From positions 9,480 to 73,479 of the forward strand of contig CAMIOS010000009.1 in assembly GCA_946222995.1 (NCBI GenBank): 64,000 nucleotides of DNA, written 5' to 3'. Positions 28,632 to 40,600 of this stretch are shown here, one piece after another (position 1 is the stretch's first letter; each line of letters opens with the position of its first letter). A model generated the notes under the pieces. It made no database searches. It saw nothing but the letters and a program-made list of their open reading frames with translations, and was not told where the DNA came from. The position numbers were made by a program, and so were the translations under genes. Source of the DNA: an uncultured Enhydrobacter sp. (lineage in GTDB: Bacteria; Pseudomonadota; Gammaproteobacteria; Pseudomonadales; Moraxellaceae).

Positions 28632-30374
28632 TCACTCCTCACACCCACCGATTCCCAATTTTTTCATGCGATAGCGTAATGAGCGAAAGGTCGTATTTAG
28701 TAATTTAGCCGCTTGGGTTTTATTGCCGCCGCTTTGATTAAGCGCCGCCATGATAAGCTGGCGTTCTTGATTCAGTAAATACCCTTCTAAGCCTTCAGAC
28801 GGTAAATGGGTAAGATTGGGCGCGGCAACCAGTGTGGATGGAGTATTGCAGATATGCGGCGCTGGGGTTGGGGTAGGTGACATGATATTAGCCGACATCG
28901 GTGGCAGAGTCTGGATGATATTGTCGTTTTGCTTGGGCTTTGCAACAGTGATACTAGGCTTGATGGTGATGTTGGCATCAAAATTTCCCGTGCCGTATGC
29001 CGAAGCGTTGATGGTTTTTTGGCCAGATGGTCCAAGGGTGCTATGTAGGGTAGTGGCTGTCATCACCTTGTTTTGTTTAGCTGGCTCACTAGAAACAGGC
29101 AAAATTGGCAAATCTTCGCCGTTTTGAGGTGGCTGGTCTAATAGGCCGGCATCAGTGTCAATAACGAGCTGTGGATAAGTAGAGTGTAAACCATCCGATG
29201 CAAGGGTATGATTTGCATTGGGCTGTAAGTTAAGATGCGGTGCGTCAATCTGCAAGCCATCTGACAATGTGATTGCTCGCTCCAAAATATTACGCAATTC
29301 GCGAACATTCCCCGAATACGAATGGCTTAAGAGGGCTTGTTTGGCAATTTTGGTCAATTCGGGCGTGTGTTCAAGCCCCCAATCTTTGGCAATCAATTGC
29401 AAAAAATGCTCGGCAAGCATCGGCACATCATCACGGCGGTCATTAAGGCTGGGAAGTTTGACCTCGATGACATCGATACGGTAGTACAAATCTTGGCGAA
29501 ATTCGCCTTTTTCAACCAATTTTGCTAAATCTTTGTGCGTGGCAGATAACAGACGAACATCCACGGCAATTTCTTGCGTGCTACCAATCGGGCGTATCTT
29601 TTTTTCCTGAATGGCTCGTAGTAGTTTGACTTGCATGGGTAACGGCAAATCCGCCACCTCGTCCAAAAATAACGTACCGCCATTGGCTTGTTGAAACAAG
29701 CCTTCCTTATCGGATGTTGCCCCTGTAAAGCTGCCCTTTTTGTGCCCAAAAAACTCACTTTCCATCAGCTCTGAGGGTATCGCCCCACAGTTAACCGGCA
29801 CAAAACTTGCCGAGCTTCTTGGGCTTAATTGATGAATCAGCTTGGCAACCACCTCTTTTCCTGTTCCAGATTCGCCCCACAAAAAAACTGGCGCTTGGCT
29901 GCGGGCGAGTTTTTGGATGGTTGCTTTGAGTTGTAAAATCGCAGGGGACTGACCGATCAGCGTGTCGGCAAACAAGTCGGGCGTTTCTTCGGTTTGTTGC
30001 TCTTGGGCATCATGAGCCACTTTGATAGCATTTTCCACCAGTTGACGCAAGCGTGGCAATTCAAGCGGTTTATTGACAAAATCAAAAGCACCAAGCTTCA
30101 AAGCCTCAATCGCCAAGTCCATACTGCCATGCGCGGTAATCACCGCAACCGGCGTGGCAGGGTAGGTTTTGGCAATCAGTTTGACAATATCTAAACCCGA
30201 GCCATCAGGCAGGCGTAAGTCGGTCAAGCAAAAATCAAAGCTGTGCTGTGCCAAAAAATTAACGGCTGTTGCGTAATCATAAGCCACCATTGACTCAATC
30301 TGCATCCGCTTTAACGTCATCTGCATTAGGCGGCATAAATCGACTTCATCATCAATGATTAACGCTTTTGGCAT
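28632..30374 (-). CDS. Sigma-54-dependent response regulator (NtrC/PilR-like) with a ~170-aa disordered insertion before the C-terminal Fis-type HTH
   Basis: REC domain (DDEVDLCRL...DLRLPDGSG), AAA+ sigma-54 activator (GESGTGKE, GSFTGA, VRELRN) and C-terminal HTH (TQAAKLLNTTFRSLRYRMKKLGI). No adjacent histidine kinase. Confidence 0.85.
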   Translation of the reverse strand: MPKALIIDDEVDLCRLMQMTLKRMQIESMVAYDYATAVNFLAQHSFDFCLTDLRLPDGSGLDIVKLIAKTYPATPVAVITAHGSMDLAIEALKLGAFDFVNKPLELPRLRQLVENAIKVAHDAQEQQTEETPDLFADTLIGQSPAILQLKATIQKLARSQAPVFLWGESGTGKEVVAKLIHQLSPRSSASFVPVNCGAIPSELMESEFFGHKKGSFTGATSDKEGLFQQANGGTLFLDEVADLPLPMQVKLLRAIQEKKIRPIGSTQEIAVDVRLLSATHKDLAKLVEKGEFRQDLYYRIDVIEVKLPSLNDRRDDVPMLAEHFLQLIAKDWGLEHTPELTKIAKQALLSHSYSGNVRELRNILERAITLSDGLQIDAPHLNLQPNANHTLASDGLHSTYPQLVIDTDAGLLDQPPQNGEDLPILPVSSEPAKQNKVMTATTLHSTLGPSGQKTINASAYGTGNFDANITIKPSITVAKPKQNDNIIQTLPPMSANIMSPTPTPAPHICNTPSTLVAAPNLTHLPSEGLEGYLLNQERQLIMAALNQSGGNKTQAAKLLNTTFRSLRYRMKKLGIGGCEE

Positions 30375-30636
30375 GGCTTTTCCTTTATCATAGCAAACAA
30401 GTGTTTGAATATATAAAAACTAAGCTAAAATTATAGCATAGACTGACCGCTTTCATCAGGCTATTCGCCACTGTAATGGGGCGTTTTATCCACGCTTGGC
30501 CAAACTTCACTCACCAAATTTGGCTAAGTATCCAACCATAAATATTTCGACAAAGCTATTAAAGCGCTTTATGATAAATGGCTGATTTAAACCAGCTTAA
30601 TATAATAAGTCAGCGTGATTAATGATAGGATACCGC

Positions 30637-31698
30637 ATGTTAAAACTTACTTTTTTGGGCACATCGGCGGGTATGCCGACCAAACAACGCAACGTCACCG
30701 CCTTAGCCGTCTCGCTTATCAATCCGCAAAGCAAAGCTAAAAACACGCCATGGGTGTTAATCGATTGTGGCGAAGGGACACAGCAGCAGATTTTGCATAC
30801 GCCGTTATCGCTGTCAAACCTTGAAATGATTTGTATCACCCATGTGCATGGTGACCATTGCTATGGTCTACCTGGGCTGTTATCAAGTATGGGTATGAGT
30901 CGGCGTACCGCACCGCTTAAAATCATAGCCCCGCAAGCGATTGGTAAACTGCTAGATACACTCACCATCACCACCGAATTGTTTTTTCCGTATCCGATAG
31001 CGTTTATTGCCTTAGAGTCGCTAAAGAAAGAACAGGGGTTTGAAACAATCAGCGTGTCATTTAACGCCAATCACCACCTTACGATTGAGCCAATAAGTTT
31101 ATCGCATCGTGTGCCAAGCCATGCCTTCAAAATTTGCCAAACGATTGATAGCGTGGAATTGCTGACCGATAAATTGCGGGCAATTGGTCTTGCCCCAAGT
31201 CCGCTGTGGGGCAAATTGCAAAGTGGCGAAAACATTACCCTTGAAACAGGCGAAACGTTATTGGCAAACGATTTTATTGTGCATCAACACGAGCAAACTG
31301 CCATCATTGTAGGTGGCGATAATGATACGCCAAGTTTGCTTAAGCCCTTTGTTCACGATGTCGGGTTGTTGGTACATGAGGCAACATATACGCATGACAT
31401 CGCCGAAAAGGTGAAAAGCAAAACCGACGGCTTTGATCCCCAACACAGTACCGCAAGGCAAGTGGCAGAATTCGCCGAGGCGGCGGGTGTACCCAACATT
31501 ATCTTGACGCATTTTAGCGGACGCTATCAGCCATTTGAAAATATGGACGATAAAACGCCCAATATGGGACATATCCGAGCGGAAGTCGAGCAATTTTATC
31601 GAGGCAATTGCTGGCTTGCCAAGGATTTTGAGGTATTTGAAGTCCGGCAAGATGTAGTTAACCAATCAAACCATAGTCAACAAAACGCTTCATGTTAA
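30637..31698 (+). CDS. rnz: Ribonuclease Z / RNase BN (MBL-fold tRNA 3' processing endonuclease)
   Basis: LTFLGTSAGMPTKQRNVTA...IDCGEGTQQQ...ITHVHGDHCYGLPGLL closely matches ElaC/RNase Z. Confidence 0.85.
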   Translation: MLKLTFLGTSAGMPTKQRNVTALAVSLINPQSKAKNTPWVLIDCGEGTQQQILHTPLSLSNLEMICITHVHGDHCYGLPGLLSSMGMSRRTAPLKIIAPQAIGKLLDTLTITTELFFPYPIAFIALESLKKEQGFETISVSFNANHHLTIEPISLSHRVPSHAFKICQTIDSVELLTDKLRAIGLAPSPLWGKLQSGENITLETGETLLANDFIVHQHEQTAIIVGGDNDTPSLLKPFVHDVGLLVHEATYTHDIAEKVKSKTDGFDPQHSTARQVAEFAEAAGVPNIILTHFSGRYQPFENMDDKTPNMGHIRAEVEQFYRGNCWLAKDFEVFEVRQDVVNQSNHSQQNASC

Positions 31699-31708
31699 GC
31701 GTTTTTTT
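31683..31708. terminator. Rho-independent terminator overlapping the rnz stop
   Basis: AAACGCTT-CATGTT-AAGCGTTT followed by TTTTAT. Confidence 0.7.
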
Positions 31709-31935
31709 ATATAAAAATAAAATTCATCAATAAAAAATAAGTTATAACTTTTTGTAAACTTACCAGTCACAGAGACTTTTTTCAAAATTCGTTAGGCTTA
31801 GGCATAATAAATTTTCGTTATGGTAAATATTTAGTCATTTAGCTATTTTATAACACGATGATAAATTGTTGAAATCTTAACATTCACTAAAAGTTTGGGA
31901 TTGTCACTTTAGTTAGGCAATTACAAGGAGTATCT

Positions 31936-33057
31936 ATGCAAATCGGTGTCCCAAAAGACAATGCCATGTATGAAAAACGGATTGCCATCACACCCGATAC
32001 GATTAAAAAATTGATTAAACTTGGGCATAACGTGGTGGTTGAGCGTGGGGCAGGGCAAGGCGCATTTATTTTTGATGCGGCACTTGAACAAGCCGGCGCT
32101 AAGATTGTGGAAAATGCTATCACAGGTAGCGATGTGGTATTGACGGTGAATAGTTTGCCTGTCGAGCAGATAGTGCAACTAAAACCAAATGCCATTGTTA
32201 TCGGTATGATGAATCCCTATCGTAACGCGCATTTGGCCGATTATGCCAAGCAACAGGCGAGTGTGTATGCAATGGAATTATTGCCGCGTACGCTTTCAAG
32301 GGCACAAAATATGGATGTACTGTCGTCACAAGCCAATTTAGCGGGTTATAAAGCCGTGATCTTAGCAGCGAATGAATATGGGCGTCCCTTTCCCATGTTT
32401 ATGACCTCGGCAGGCACAGTGAAGCCTGCGCGTGTGGTGATTTTGGGCGTGGGGGTTGCGGGCTTGCAGGCGATTGCGACCGCTCGGCGGTTGGGGGCGG
32501 TGGTTGAGGCGAGTGATTTACGCCCCAGTGTGCGTGACCAAGTGGAGTCGGTAGGCGGTAAATGGCTTGATGTGCCTATGTCCGAGGAAGAAAAAGCCAA
32601 AGCAAAATCGACAGGCGGCTATGCGTGGACACCGTCTGAGCAATATATTCAAGACCAAGCTGCCGTGGTGGATAAAGCGGTGAGTCAAGCCGATATCGTG
32701 ATTACCACCGCGCAGGTGCCAGGACGCAATGCTCCACGTCTAATTCACCAAGCGACCATTGACAAAATGAAGTCGGGCTCGGTGATTTTAGATATGGCGG
32801 TCGAAACGGGTGGTAATGTTGAAGGCTCGGTGGTGGGTCAACATATCGTCACGCCCAACGGTGTGACCATTATGGGAACACCCAATATTCCTTCCACCTT
32901 GGCGGCTCAGTCATCGGCTTTATATGCCAATAATTTATACAACTTCTTTGCCACCTTGGTTGATGAAAATAAAGCATTTGCGTTAAACCCAGACGATGAA
33001 ATTCAAAAAGCCTTGCTGGTTACTCACCAAGGGCAGGTATTGTTAGCCAGTCGCTAA
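31936..33057 (+). CDS. pntAA: NAD(P) transhydrogenase subunit alpha part 1 (dI)
   Basis: MQIGVPKDNAMYEKRIAITPD and the NAD-binding GVGVAGLQAIATARRLGA. Split-alpha arrangement. Confidence 0.9.
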   Translation: MQIGVPKDNAMYEKRIAITPDTIKKLIKLGHNVVVERGAGQGAFIFDAALEQAGAKIVENAITGSDVVLTVNSLPVEQIVQLKPNAIVIGMMNPYRNAHLADYAKQQASVYAMELLPRTLSRAQNMDVLSSQANLAGYKAVILAANEYGRPFPMFMTSAGTVKPARVVILGVGVAGLQAIATARRLGAVVEASDLRPSVRDQVESVGGKWLDVPMSEEEKAKAKSTGGYAWTPSEQYIQDQAAVVDKAVSQADIVITTAQVPGRNAPRLIHQATIDKMKSGSVILDMAVETGGNVEGSVVGQHIVTPNGVTIMGTPNIPSTLAAQSSALYANNLYNFFATLVDENKAFALNPDDEIQKALLVTHQGQVLLASR

Positions 33058-33096
33058 CCTAATTTTCATTTACCTTGTTAAAAGTTAGGAGATTTT

Positions 33097-33450
33097 ATGT
33101 TGTTGACAATTTTAGCGACTGCGACAGCAGCGACGCCATTTGTGGCAATTTTTAGCATTTTTATTATGGCAATTTTCGTGGGTTATTATGTGGTGTGGGG
33201 CGTGACACCTGCCTTACATACGCCATTAATGGCGGTTACCAATGCATTGTCTAGTATCGTGATTGTCGGTGCGATGCTGCAGACAGTGACCATTGAGGGT
33301 CATTTATTCACGCCTACCAGCTTGTTGGGGGCATTTGCGGTATTTTTAGCCAGTATCAATATTTTTGGTGGCTTTGCTGTGACTGAGCGAATGCTTGCCA
33401 TGTTTAAATCCAAGGATAAATCAAAAGCCAAAAGCCAAGGAGACGCTTGA
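33097..33450 (+). CDS. pntAB: NAD(P) transhydrogenase subunit alpha part 2 (membrane)
   Basis: 117 aa, 3-4 TM. Lies between pntAA and pntB. Confidence 0.85.
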   Translation: MLLTILATATAATPFVAIFSIFIMAIFVGYYVVWGVTPALHTPLMAVTNALSSIVIVGAMLQTVTIEGHLFTPTSLLGAFAVFLASINIFGGFAVTERMLAMFKSKDKSKAKSQGDA

Positions 33451-34850
33451 TGAATGAAAATATGAATTGGGTAGCGGCTCACGCGGATTGGTTTTATTTG
33501 GTCGGGGCGGTTTTGTTTATCTTGACTTTGCGTGGTTTATCCAGTCCCAAAACTGCCATTCGTGGCAATCGTTTTGGCATGATTGCAATGGCAATTGCGA
33601 TTGGTACCACATTTTTTCTTGCCCCAAGTCCTGTATTTGTGTTGATTATCGGGGCGATGATTTTGGGAGCAATTGTCGGTACTTGGAAAGCGCGTACGGT
33701 GGCAATGACCCAAATGCCTGAAACCGTTGCATTGATGCACTCTTTGGTAGGGCTATCAGCCGTGGCAATTGCGTTGGCAAGCGTGTTACATACGGGGGTG
33801 CAACATGACACGGTTGGACGTTTTGAGCTGTTCGTTGGCTGTTTTATTGGGGCAATTACCTTTTCTGCCTCGATGTTTGCCTTCGGTAAATTGGCGGCAA
33901 AACCATGGGCAAAAACCCTCAAAGGCGGCTGGGTCAAACCAGTACAGGCAATCTTATTTATCGCGATGCTGGTTTATGGGGTGCTATATTTTACCACAGA
34001 GTCAATGACGGCCTTTTATGCCATGACGGCCTTGGCGGTGGTGTTTGGTTGGATGTGGATTGCACCCATTGGCGGCGGTGATATGCCGGTGGTGGTGTCA
34101 TTGCTAAATTCATTTTCGGGCTGGGCAGCCGCAGGGATTGGTTTTACCCTTGGCAACAGTATGCTCATTATCGCAGGCTCGCTCGTTGGCTCATCGGGAG
34201 CAATTTTATCGTATATCATGTGTAAAGCCATGAACCGCTCTCTACTTAATGTGCTATTTGGCGGCATTACCAGCGCTACAAGTGCCGCATCAGAAGAAGA
34301 CAATACGCCAAAAACCTATCGTACAGGCTCACCGGAAGATGCGGCCTTTATGATGGAAAATTCTAGCAGCGTGGTAATCGTGCCGGGTTATGGTATGGCG
34401 CAGGGGCGCGCCCAAAATGCGGTCAAAGAATTGTACGAGATGCTAAAAGAAGAAGGTGTCAACGTGCGTTTTGCCATCCACCCCGTGGCAGGGCGAATGC
34501 CGGGGCATATGAATGTCTTGTTGGCAGAAGCGGATGTTCCCTATGAAGACATTCTTGAAATGGATGAAATTAACTCCGACTTTGCGGGTACAGATGTGGT
34601 GCTAGTCATCGGGGCAAATGATGTGGTCAATCCTGCGGCTAAAGACGACCCAAACTCCCCGATTTTTGGTATGCCGATACTTGAAGCAGCCAAAGCCCAA
34701 ACCGTGATGGTGATTAAGCGCTCAATGAGCACGGGTTACGCAGGATTGGATAATAGTTTATTTTACCTGGATAAAACCATGATGATTTTTGGTGATGCTA
34801 AAAAAGTGGTGGAAGACATGATTCGCCATCTCAATGGCACAGGCCACTAA
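33447..34850 (+). CDS. pntB: NAD(P) transhydrogenase subunit beta
   Basis: N-terminal TM domain plus C-terminal dIII NADP-binding domain (GYGMAQ...). ATGA overlap with pntAB. Confidence 0.9.
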   Translation: MMNENMNWVAAHADWFYLVGAVLFILTLRGLSSPKTAIRGNRFGMIAMAIAIGTTFFLAPSPVFVLIIGAMILGAIVGTWKARTVAMTQMPETVALMHSLVGLSAVAIALASVLHTGVQHDTVGRFELFVGCFIGAITFSASMFAFGKLAAKPWAKTLKGGWVKPVQAILFIAMLVYGVLYFTTESMTAFYAMTALAVVFGWMWIAPIGGGDMPVVVSLLNSFSGWAAAGIGFTLGNSMLIIAGSLVGSSGAILSYIMCKAMNRSLLNVLFGGITSATSAASEEDNTPKTYRTGSPEDAAFMMENSSSVVIVPGYGMAQGRAQNAVKELYEMLKEEGVNVRFAIHPVAGRMPGHMNVLLAEADVPYEDILEMDEINSDFAGTDVVLVIGANDVVNPAAKDDPNSPIFGMPILEAAKAQTVMVIKRSMSTGYAGLDNSLFYLDKTMMIFGDAKKVVEDMIRHLNGTGH

Positions 34851-34898
34851 ATGTCACACGCCACTAAATGTCATCCTGAAATGTTTTGCCTTATGTTT

Positions 34899-34930
34899 AA
34901 AAAACCCTGATTATGAAATCGGGGTTTTTA
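34899..34930. terminator. Rho-independent terminator after pntB
   Basis: AAAAAACCCTGATT-ATGA-AATCGGGGTTTTTT: 12-bp stem including a G-U pair. Confidence 0.8.
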
Positions 34931-34993
34931 TTTGTTATAATCGGTGTACTTTAGACATTTAACAACTTCAAAGACCTTAAACAAGGAAAACTT

Positions 34994-35191
34994 ATGTCTT
35001 TAAAATGGAACGACACCCTTGAAATCGCCATTCAACTTGCCGAAAAATACCCCGATGTCGATGTGCAATATATCCGCTTTACCGATTTGCACCGTTATGT
35101 CACCGAGCTTGATGAATTTGACGATAATCCCGAAAAATCTACCGAAAAACAACTTGAAGCCATTCAGATGGCGTGGCTTGACGAACTATAA
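34994..35191 (+). CDS. iscX: Fe-S cluster assembly protein IscX (YfhJ)
   Basis: MSLKWNDTLEIAIQLAEKYPDVDVQYIRFTDLHRYVTELDEFDDNPEKSTEKQLEAIQMAWLDEL aligns almost residue-for-residue with E. coli IscX. Confidence 0.8.
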   Translation: MSLKWNDTLEIAIQLAEKYPDVDVQYIRFTDLHRYVTELDEFDDNPEKSTEKQLEAIQMAWLDEL

Positions 35192-35205
35192 TTGAGCCAT
35201 CTAGA

Positions 35206-36054
35206 CTAAGATTTTGGGGCAGGGCTAGGCGGTAATACCCATTGCCAGTCGGCATTAAAAAACCGCCGAAACACCAGCAACGTGCCAATGGTACAGCCCA
35301 GTGTGCTACTGGTGGCGATTAAAAACATGGTAATAATCTGATATAACACCGCTTGGTGCGGGTTAGCGCCTGCCAAAATTTGCCCCGTCATCATCCCTGG
35401 CAAGCTTACCAAACCCACCACCATCATACTATTAATGGTGGGCGTGATGCCGTTTTGAATCGCAGCGACCACATAGCCACGAGCGGCTTCCCATGGTGAC
35501 GCAGATAATGCCAACAAGCTATTTATCATGGCTTGCTCACGGTGTAGACTATTGACCAGCTGGTTCATGGATAGCGAAACGGCGGTCAACGAATTGCCCA
35601 AAATCAATCCCAACAGCGGAATCATCACTTGCGGAAGAAACCAAGCGTGATGCGGCGTAGAAAGTACCCACCAACCACCAAAAATCGCCACCACCCAACT
35701 ACTGACAAACACCGCTGTCAGTGTATCCCAAATCAAGCCTTGATAAGGTTTTTTTACCCGATTTTTGGCAGCGATACTGGCGATTAAGGTCATAAACGTC
35801 AAAATAGCTAAGACTTCATACCATTGTTCACGGGCAAAAATCCATGCCAAAACCAAGCCAATCAAACTCAATTGTATAACGGTACGTAGACTGGCAATCA
35901 TAAGTTCTTTAACAATGCCCAAGCCAAGCCATGCACTAATCGCTATGACTAGTAATAAAGCCACACTTGCCAAGGCAACTTGCTGATAGCTGATGGTTGC
36001 CATCGCACTTGCCACCAATATTAGCATTGCAATTGCCCCTGTGACATCTGCCAA
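35206..36054 (-). CDS. fetB: Iron export ABC transporter permease FetB (UPF0014/YbbM)
   Basis: GLVSLPGMMTGQILAGANP and an overall multi-TM match to YbbM. Confidence 0.8.
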   Translation of the reverse strand: MADVTGAIAMLILVASAMATISYQQVALASVALLLVIAISAWLGLGIVKELMIASLRTVIQLSLIGLVLAWIFAREQWYEVLAILTFMTLIASIAAKNRVKKPYQGLIWDTLTAVFVSSWVVAIFGGWWVLSTPHHAWFLPQVMIPLLGLILGNSLTAVSLSMNQLVNSLHREQAMINSLLALSASPWEAARGYVVAAIQNGITPTINSMMVVGLVSLPGMMTGQILAGANPHQAVLYQIITMFLIATSSTLGCTIGTLLVFRRFFNADWQWVLPPSPAPKS

Positions 36055-36680
36055 TGTCTCGTCCCAAAGTCTAACAGTCGCTGAATTTGCGTCGGTTCAT
36101 GGCTTATCCATACAACTGTTGCGGCAGGATGGGTGTTATACCAATGGGTAATGAATGTTTCGACTTGGTGAGTGGTTGTATTATCAAGCGAGGCGGTTGG
36201 CTCATCAAGTAATAAAACAGCAGGCTGCAGTTGAAGGGTACGAAGCAGATTAACAAGCTGTTTTTCGCCGCCTGATAGCACACGGCTGTCTTGTTGCAAA
36301 AAATTGTCGGATTTGCCGAGTTGGGCTAAATGTTGCAGATGCCAGTCAAGGTTAAAGGTTTGATTTTGATGAAATTTTAATAAAAAAGGCAGTTTTAGAT
36401 TATCCAAAACCGTGCCTTCAATCATTTCACCCATTTGAGCAAGATACGCCACTTGCGAACGCCAGACCGCAGGCGTTAGTTGTTGCAAAGTTTTATCATT
36501 TAACGTCATATGACCCGAACTTATCGGCAACAATGACGCCAACAGTTTTAGTAGTAATGATTTGCCACTGCCTGATTGTCCGGTTAATAAAATAAAATCA
36601 TGCGGCAACACTTGCCCTGCCGCTTGATGGATCAGTATTTTATCAGCTATTTGAAAGGTTAGTTGGTTAAAGTTAAGCAT
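36021..36680 (-). CDS. fetA: Iron export ABC transporter ATP-binding protein FetA (YbbL)
   Basis: Walker A GQSGSGKS, signature LSGGEKQ, Walker B LLLDEPT. Overlaps fetB by 34 nt. Confidence 0.8.
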   Translation of the reverse strand: MLNFNQLTFQIADKILIHQAAGQVLPHDFILLTGQSGSGKSLLLKLLASLLPISSGHMTLNDKTLQQLTPAVWRSQVAYLAQMGEMIEGTVLDNLKLPFLLKFHQNQTFNLDWHLQHLAQLGKSDNFLQQDSRVLSGGEKQLVNLLRTLQLQPAVLLLDEPTASLDNTTTHQVETFITHWYNTHPAATVVWISHEPTQIQRLLDFGTRHWQMSQGQLQC

Positions 36681-36697
36681 AAAATAAGTGAGGTTGG

Positions 36698-37261
36698 TTA
36701 TTGTAGTGTCAATTTATCCCATAAAACTTCTTTACCGCCATCTAAGCGTGCCACCACACGAGCGAGCACAAATAGCCAGTCAGATAACCGATTGATAAAT
36801 TGCGAACTCACAGTCGACACATTGCCATCTCGTTCATTTAATGCCACCAATAATCGCTCACTATCTCGTGCTAGACAACGAGCGATATGCACTTGACTGG
36901 TGGCAATCGAGCCTGCCGGTAGAATGAAGTCCTTGAGCGGTGGTAAATTCTCGTTCCATTCATCAATTTGGCATTCAAGCTCGGCGACATAGTCAGCCAA
37001 AATACCCTTGTATGCTGGCATCGCAAGTTCGCCGCCAAGGTTAAATAACTGGTGCTGAATTCGGCTGAGTTTGTCATCAAATTCCCGATGATTTGCTTGT
37101 ATTAAATAACCACGTAACAGACCGATTTGCGAGTTTAATAAATCCACGTTTCCCATCGCATCAAAGCGTAAATCAGCTTTTGACAGCCGTGAGCCGTCTG
37201 CCATACCCGTTGTGCCGTCATCGCCGGTACGAGTATAAATTTTAGATAGTCGATTGCCCAT
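36698..37261 (-). CDS. PduO-type ATP:cob(I)alamin adenosyltransferase
   Basis: IYTRTGDDGTTGMADGSRLSKADLRFDAMGNVDLLNSQIG matches the MMAB/PduO N-terminal signature. Confidence 0.8.
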   Translation of the reverse strand: MGNRLSKIYTRTGDDGTTGMADGSRLSKADLRFDAMGNVDLLNSQIGLLRGYLIQANHREFDDKLSRIQHQLFNLGGELAMPAYKGILADYVAELECQIDEWNENLPPLKDFILPAGSIATSQVHIARCLARDSERLLVALNERDGNVSTVSSQFINRLSDWLFVLARVVARLDGGKEVLWDKLTLQ

Positions 37262-37365
37262 TTTTAATACTTATCACATTCAAAGATACCAAATCATAGC
37301 ACTTTTGGGAAAATTTCGGTATCATAAATGATTGACTAAAATATTCTTACACTTAAAGGTGCCTT

Positions 37366-38832
37366 ATGACACAACCAATGCCTATCATGATTTACGACTC
37401 TATGAGCGGACAAAAACGTCCCTTTACGCCCATTCACGCAGGCAAAGTCGGAATGTATGTGTGCGGCATGACCGTCTATGATTATTGTCATATCGGGCAC
37501 GCTCGGGTGATGGTAGGTTTTGACATCGTCGTACGCTGGCTGCGTCATCTTGGCTATGATGTCAATTACGTGCGTAACATCACTGACATTGACGACAAAA
37601 TCATCAACCGAGCCAACGAAAACGGCGAAACTATCTTTGCCTTGACCGAGCGCTTTATCCAAGCCATGCACGAGGATGCCGATAAACTTGGCTGCGAACG
37701 CCCCAATCGCGAACCACGAGCCACCGACTTTATTGACCAAATGCAAGACCTTATCCAAACCTTGATGGATAAAAATTTAGCCTATAAAGGTAACTCCTTA
37801 AATGGGCCGGGCGATGTGTATTATGCGGTGGAAAATTTTGCCGACTATGGCAAGCTGTCAAAACGTAAACTTGCCGATATGCAAGCAGGGGCAAGTGAGC
37901 GGGTGCTGTTTACAGGAGCAGGGGGCGAGACCGACAAAAAAAATCCGTTTGACTTTGTGCTATGGAAAGCCGCAAAAGAAAATGAACCGCAAGAGACCAA
38001 ATGGCAGTCACCGTGGGGCGTGGGTCGTCCTGGGTGGCATATCGAATGCTCGGCGATGAGTACCTGCTGCCTTGGGGAAACCTTTGACATTCATGGTGGT
38101 GGGCATGATTTACAGTTTCCACACCACGAGAATGAAATTGCCCAATCGGAAGGAGCAACGGGCAAAACCTACGCCAATAACTGGATGCACGTTGGCTTTA
38201 TCAATGTTGATGGCGAAAAAATGTCAAAATCGCTTGGCAATTTTTTTACCATTCGGGATGTGATGAAAGCGTTTCACCCTGAAACAATTCGCTTTTTTAT
38301 TTTATCCAGCCATTACCGAAGTCCTGTGAATTTCTCGGATACCGCGTTAAAAGAAGCACACACCAGTTTAACGCGTCTGTATCAAGCGTTAAAATCGGTG
38401 GAAAGCCTAAGCATGAATGAAGCGATTACAATAAACAATGATTACCAAACCGCCTTTAACCAAGCCATGAATGACGACTTTAATACGGCGGGGGCGATTG
38501 CGCTACTGTTTAACCTTGTTCGTGACATCAATAAAGCCGTGAATTTAGCCACGCCTAAAGGCGATGCCCAAGCGGTGGCATTGGCGAATTTACTCAAAGA
38601 CTTGGCAAAACCGCTAAACATTTTACAGCTTAATCCAAGCGAATTTTTACAAGCTCAAATCGGTGAAAGTGGCGGTTTAAGCGATGGCGAGATCGAAGCC
38701 CAAATCGAAGCGCGCAAACACGCCAAAGCTAACAAAGACTTTGCCAAAGCCGACCAAATTCGTAATGACTTAAAAGCTCAAGGTATTGAACTGGAAGATG
38801 GTAAAAATGGGACAACATGGCGGAGAATTTAA
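37366..38832 (+). CDS. cysS: Cysteine--tRNA ligase
   Basis: HIGHAR and KMSKS class-I motifs, plus the Zn-binding Cys. Confidence 0.95.
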   Translation: MTQPMPIMIYDSMSGQKRPFTPIHAGKVGMYVCGMTVYDYCHIGHARVMVGFDIVVRWLRHLGYDVNYVRNITDIDDKIINRANENGETIFALTERFIQAMHEDADKLGCERPNREPRATDFIDQMQDLIQTLMDKNLAYKGNSLNGPGDVYYAVENFADYGKLSKRKLADMQAGASERVLFTGAGGETDKKNPFDFVLWKAAKENEPQETKWQSPWGVGRPGWHIECSAMSTCCLGETFDIHGGGHDLQFPHHENEIAQSEGATGKTYANNWMHVGFINVDGEKMSKSLGNFFTIRDVMKAFHPETIRFFILSSHYRSPVNFSDTALKEAHTSLTRLYQALKSVESLSMNEAITINNDYQTAFNQAMNDDFNTAGAIALLFNLVRDINKAVNLATPKGDAQAVALANLLKDLAKPLNILQLNPSEFLQAQIGESGGLSDGEIEAQIEARKHAKANKDFAKADQIRNDLKAQGIELEDGKNGTTWRRI

Positions 38833-38922
38833 AAAATTGGTTTGACGAATAGCCATTAAATAAGTACAATATGCGGTTAATTTTAAAACTTATTTAATGG
38901 TGTCAATTGAAACGACAAATGA

Positions 38923-40503
<1,581 letters not shown>

Positions 40504-40538
40504 GTGTTAAAGTAAATTTAAACGGATTTTGAACAATG

Positions 40539-40564
40539 AAAAGTCGGGTTATGCTCGGCTTTTT
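40539..40564. terminator. Rho-independent terminator after guaB
   Basis: AAAAGTCGGG-TTATG-CTCGGCTTTTT. Confidence 0.65.
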
Positions 40565-40600
40565 CACTTATATCATGCTTGCTAACCTACAGGGTCATCT

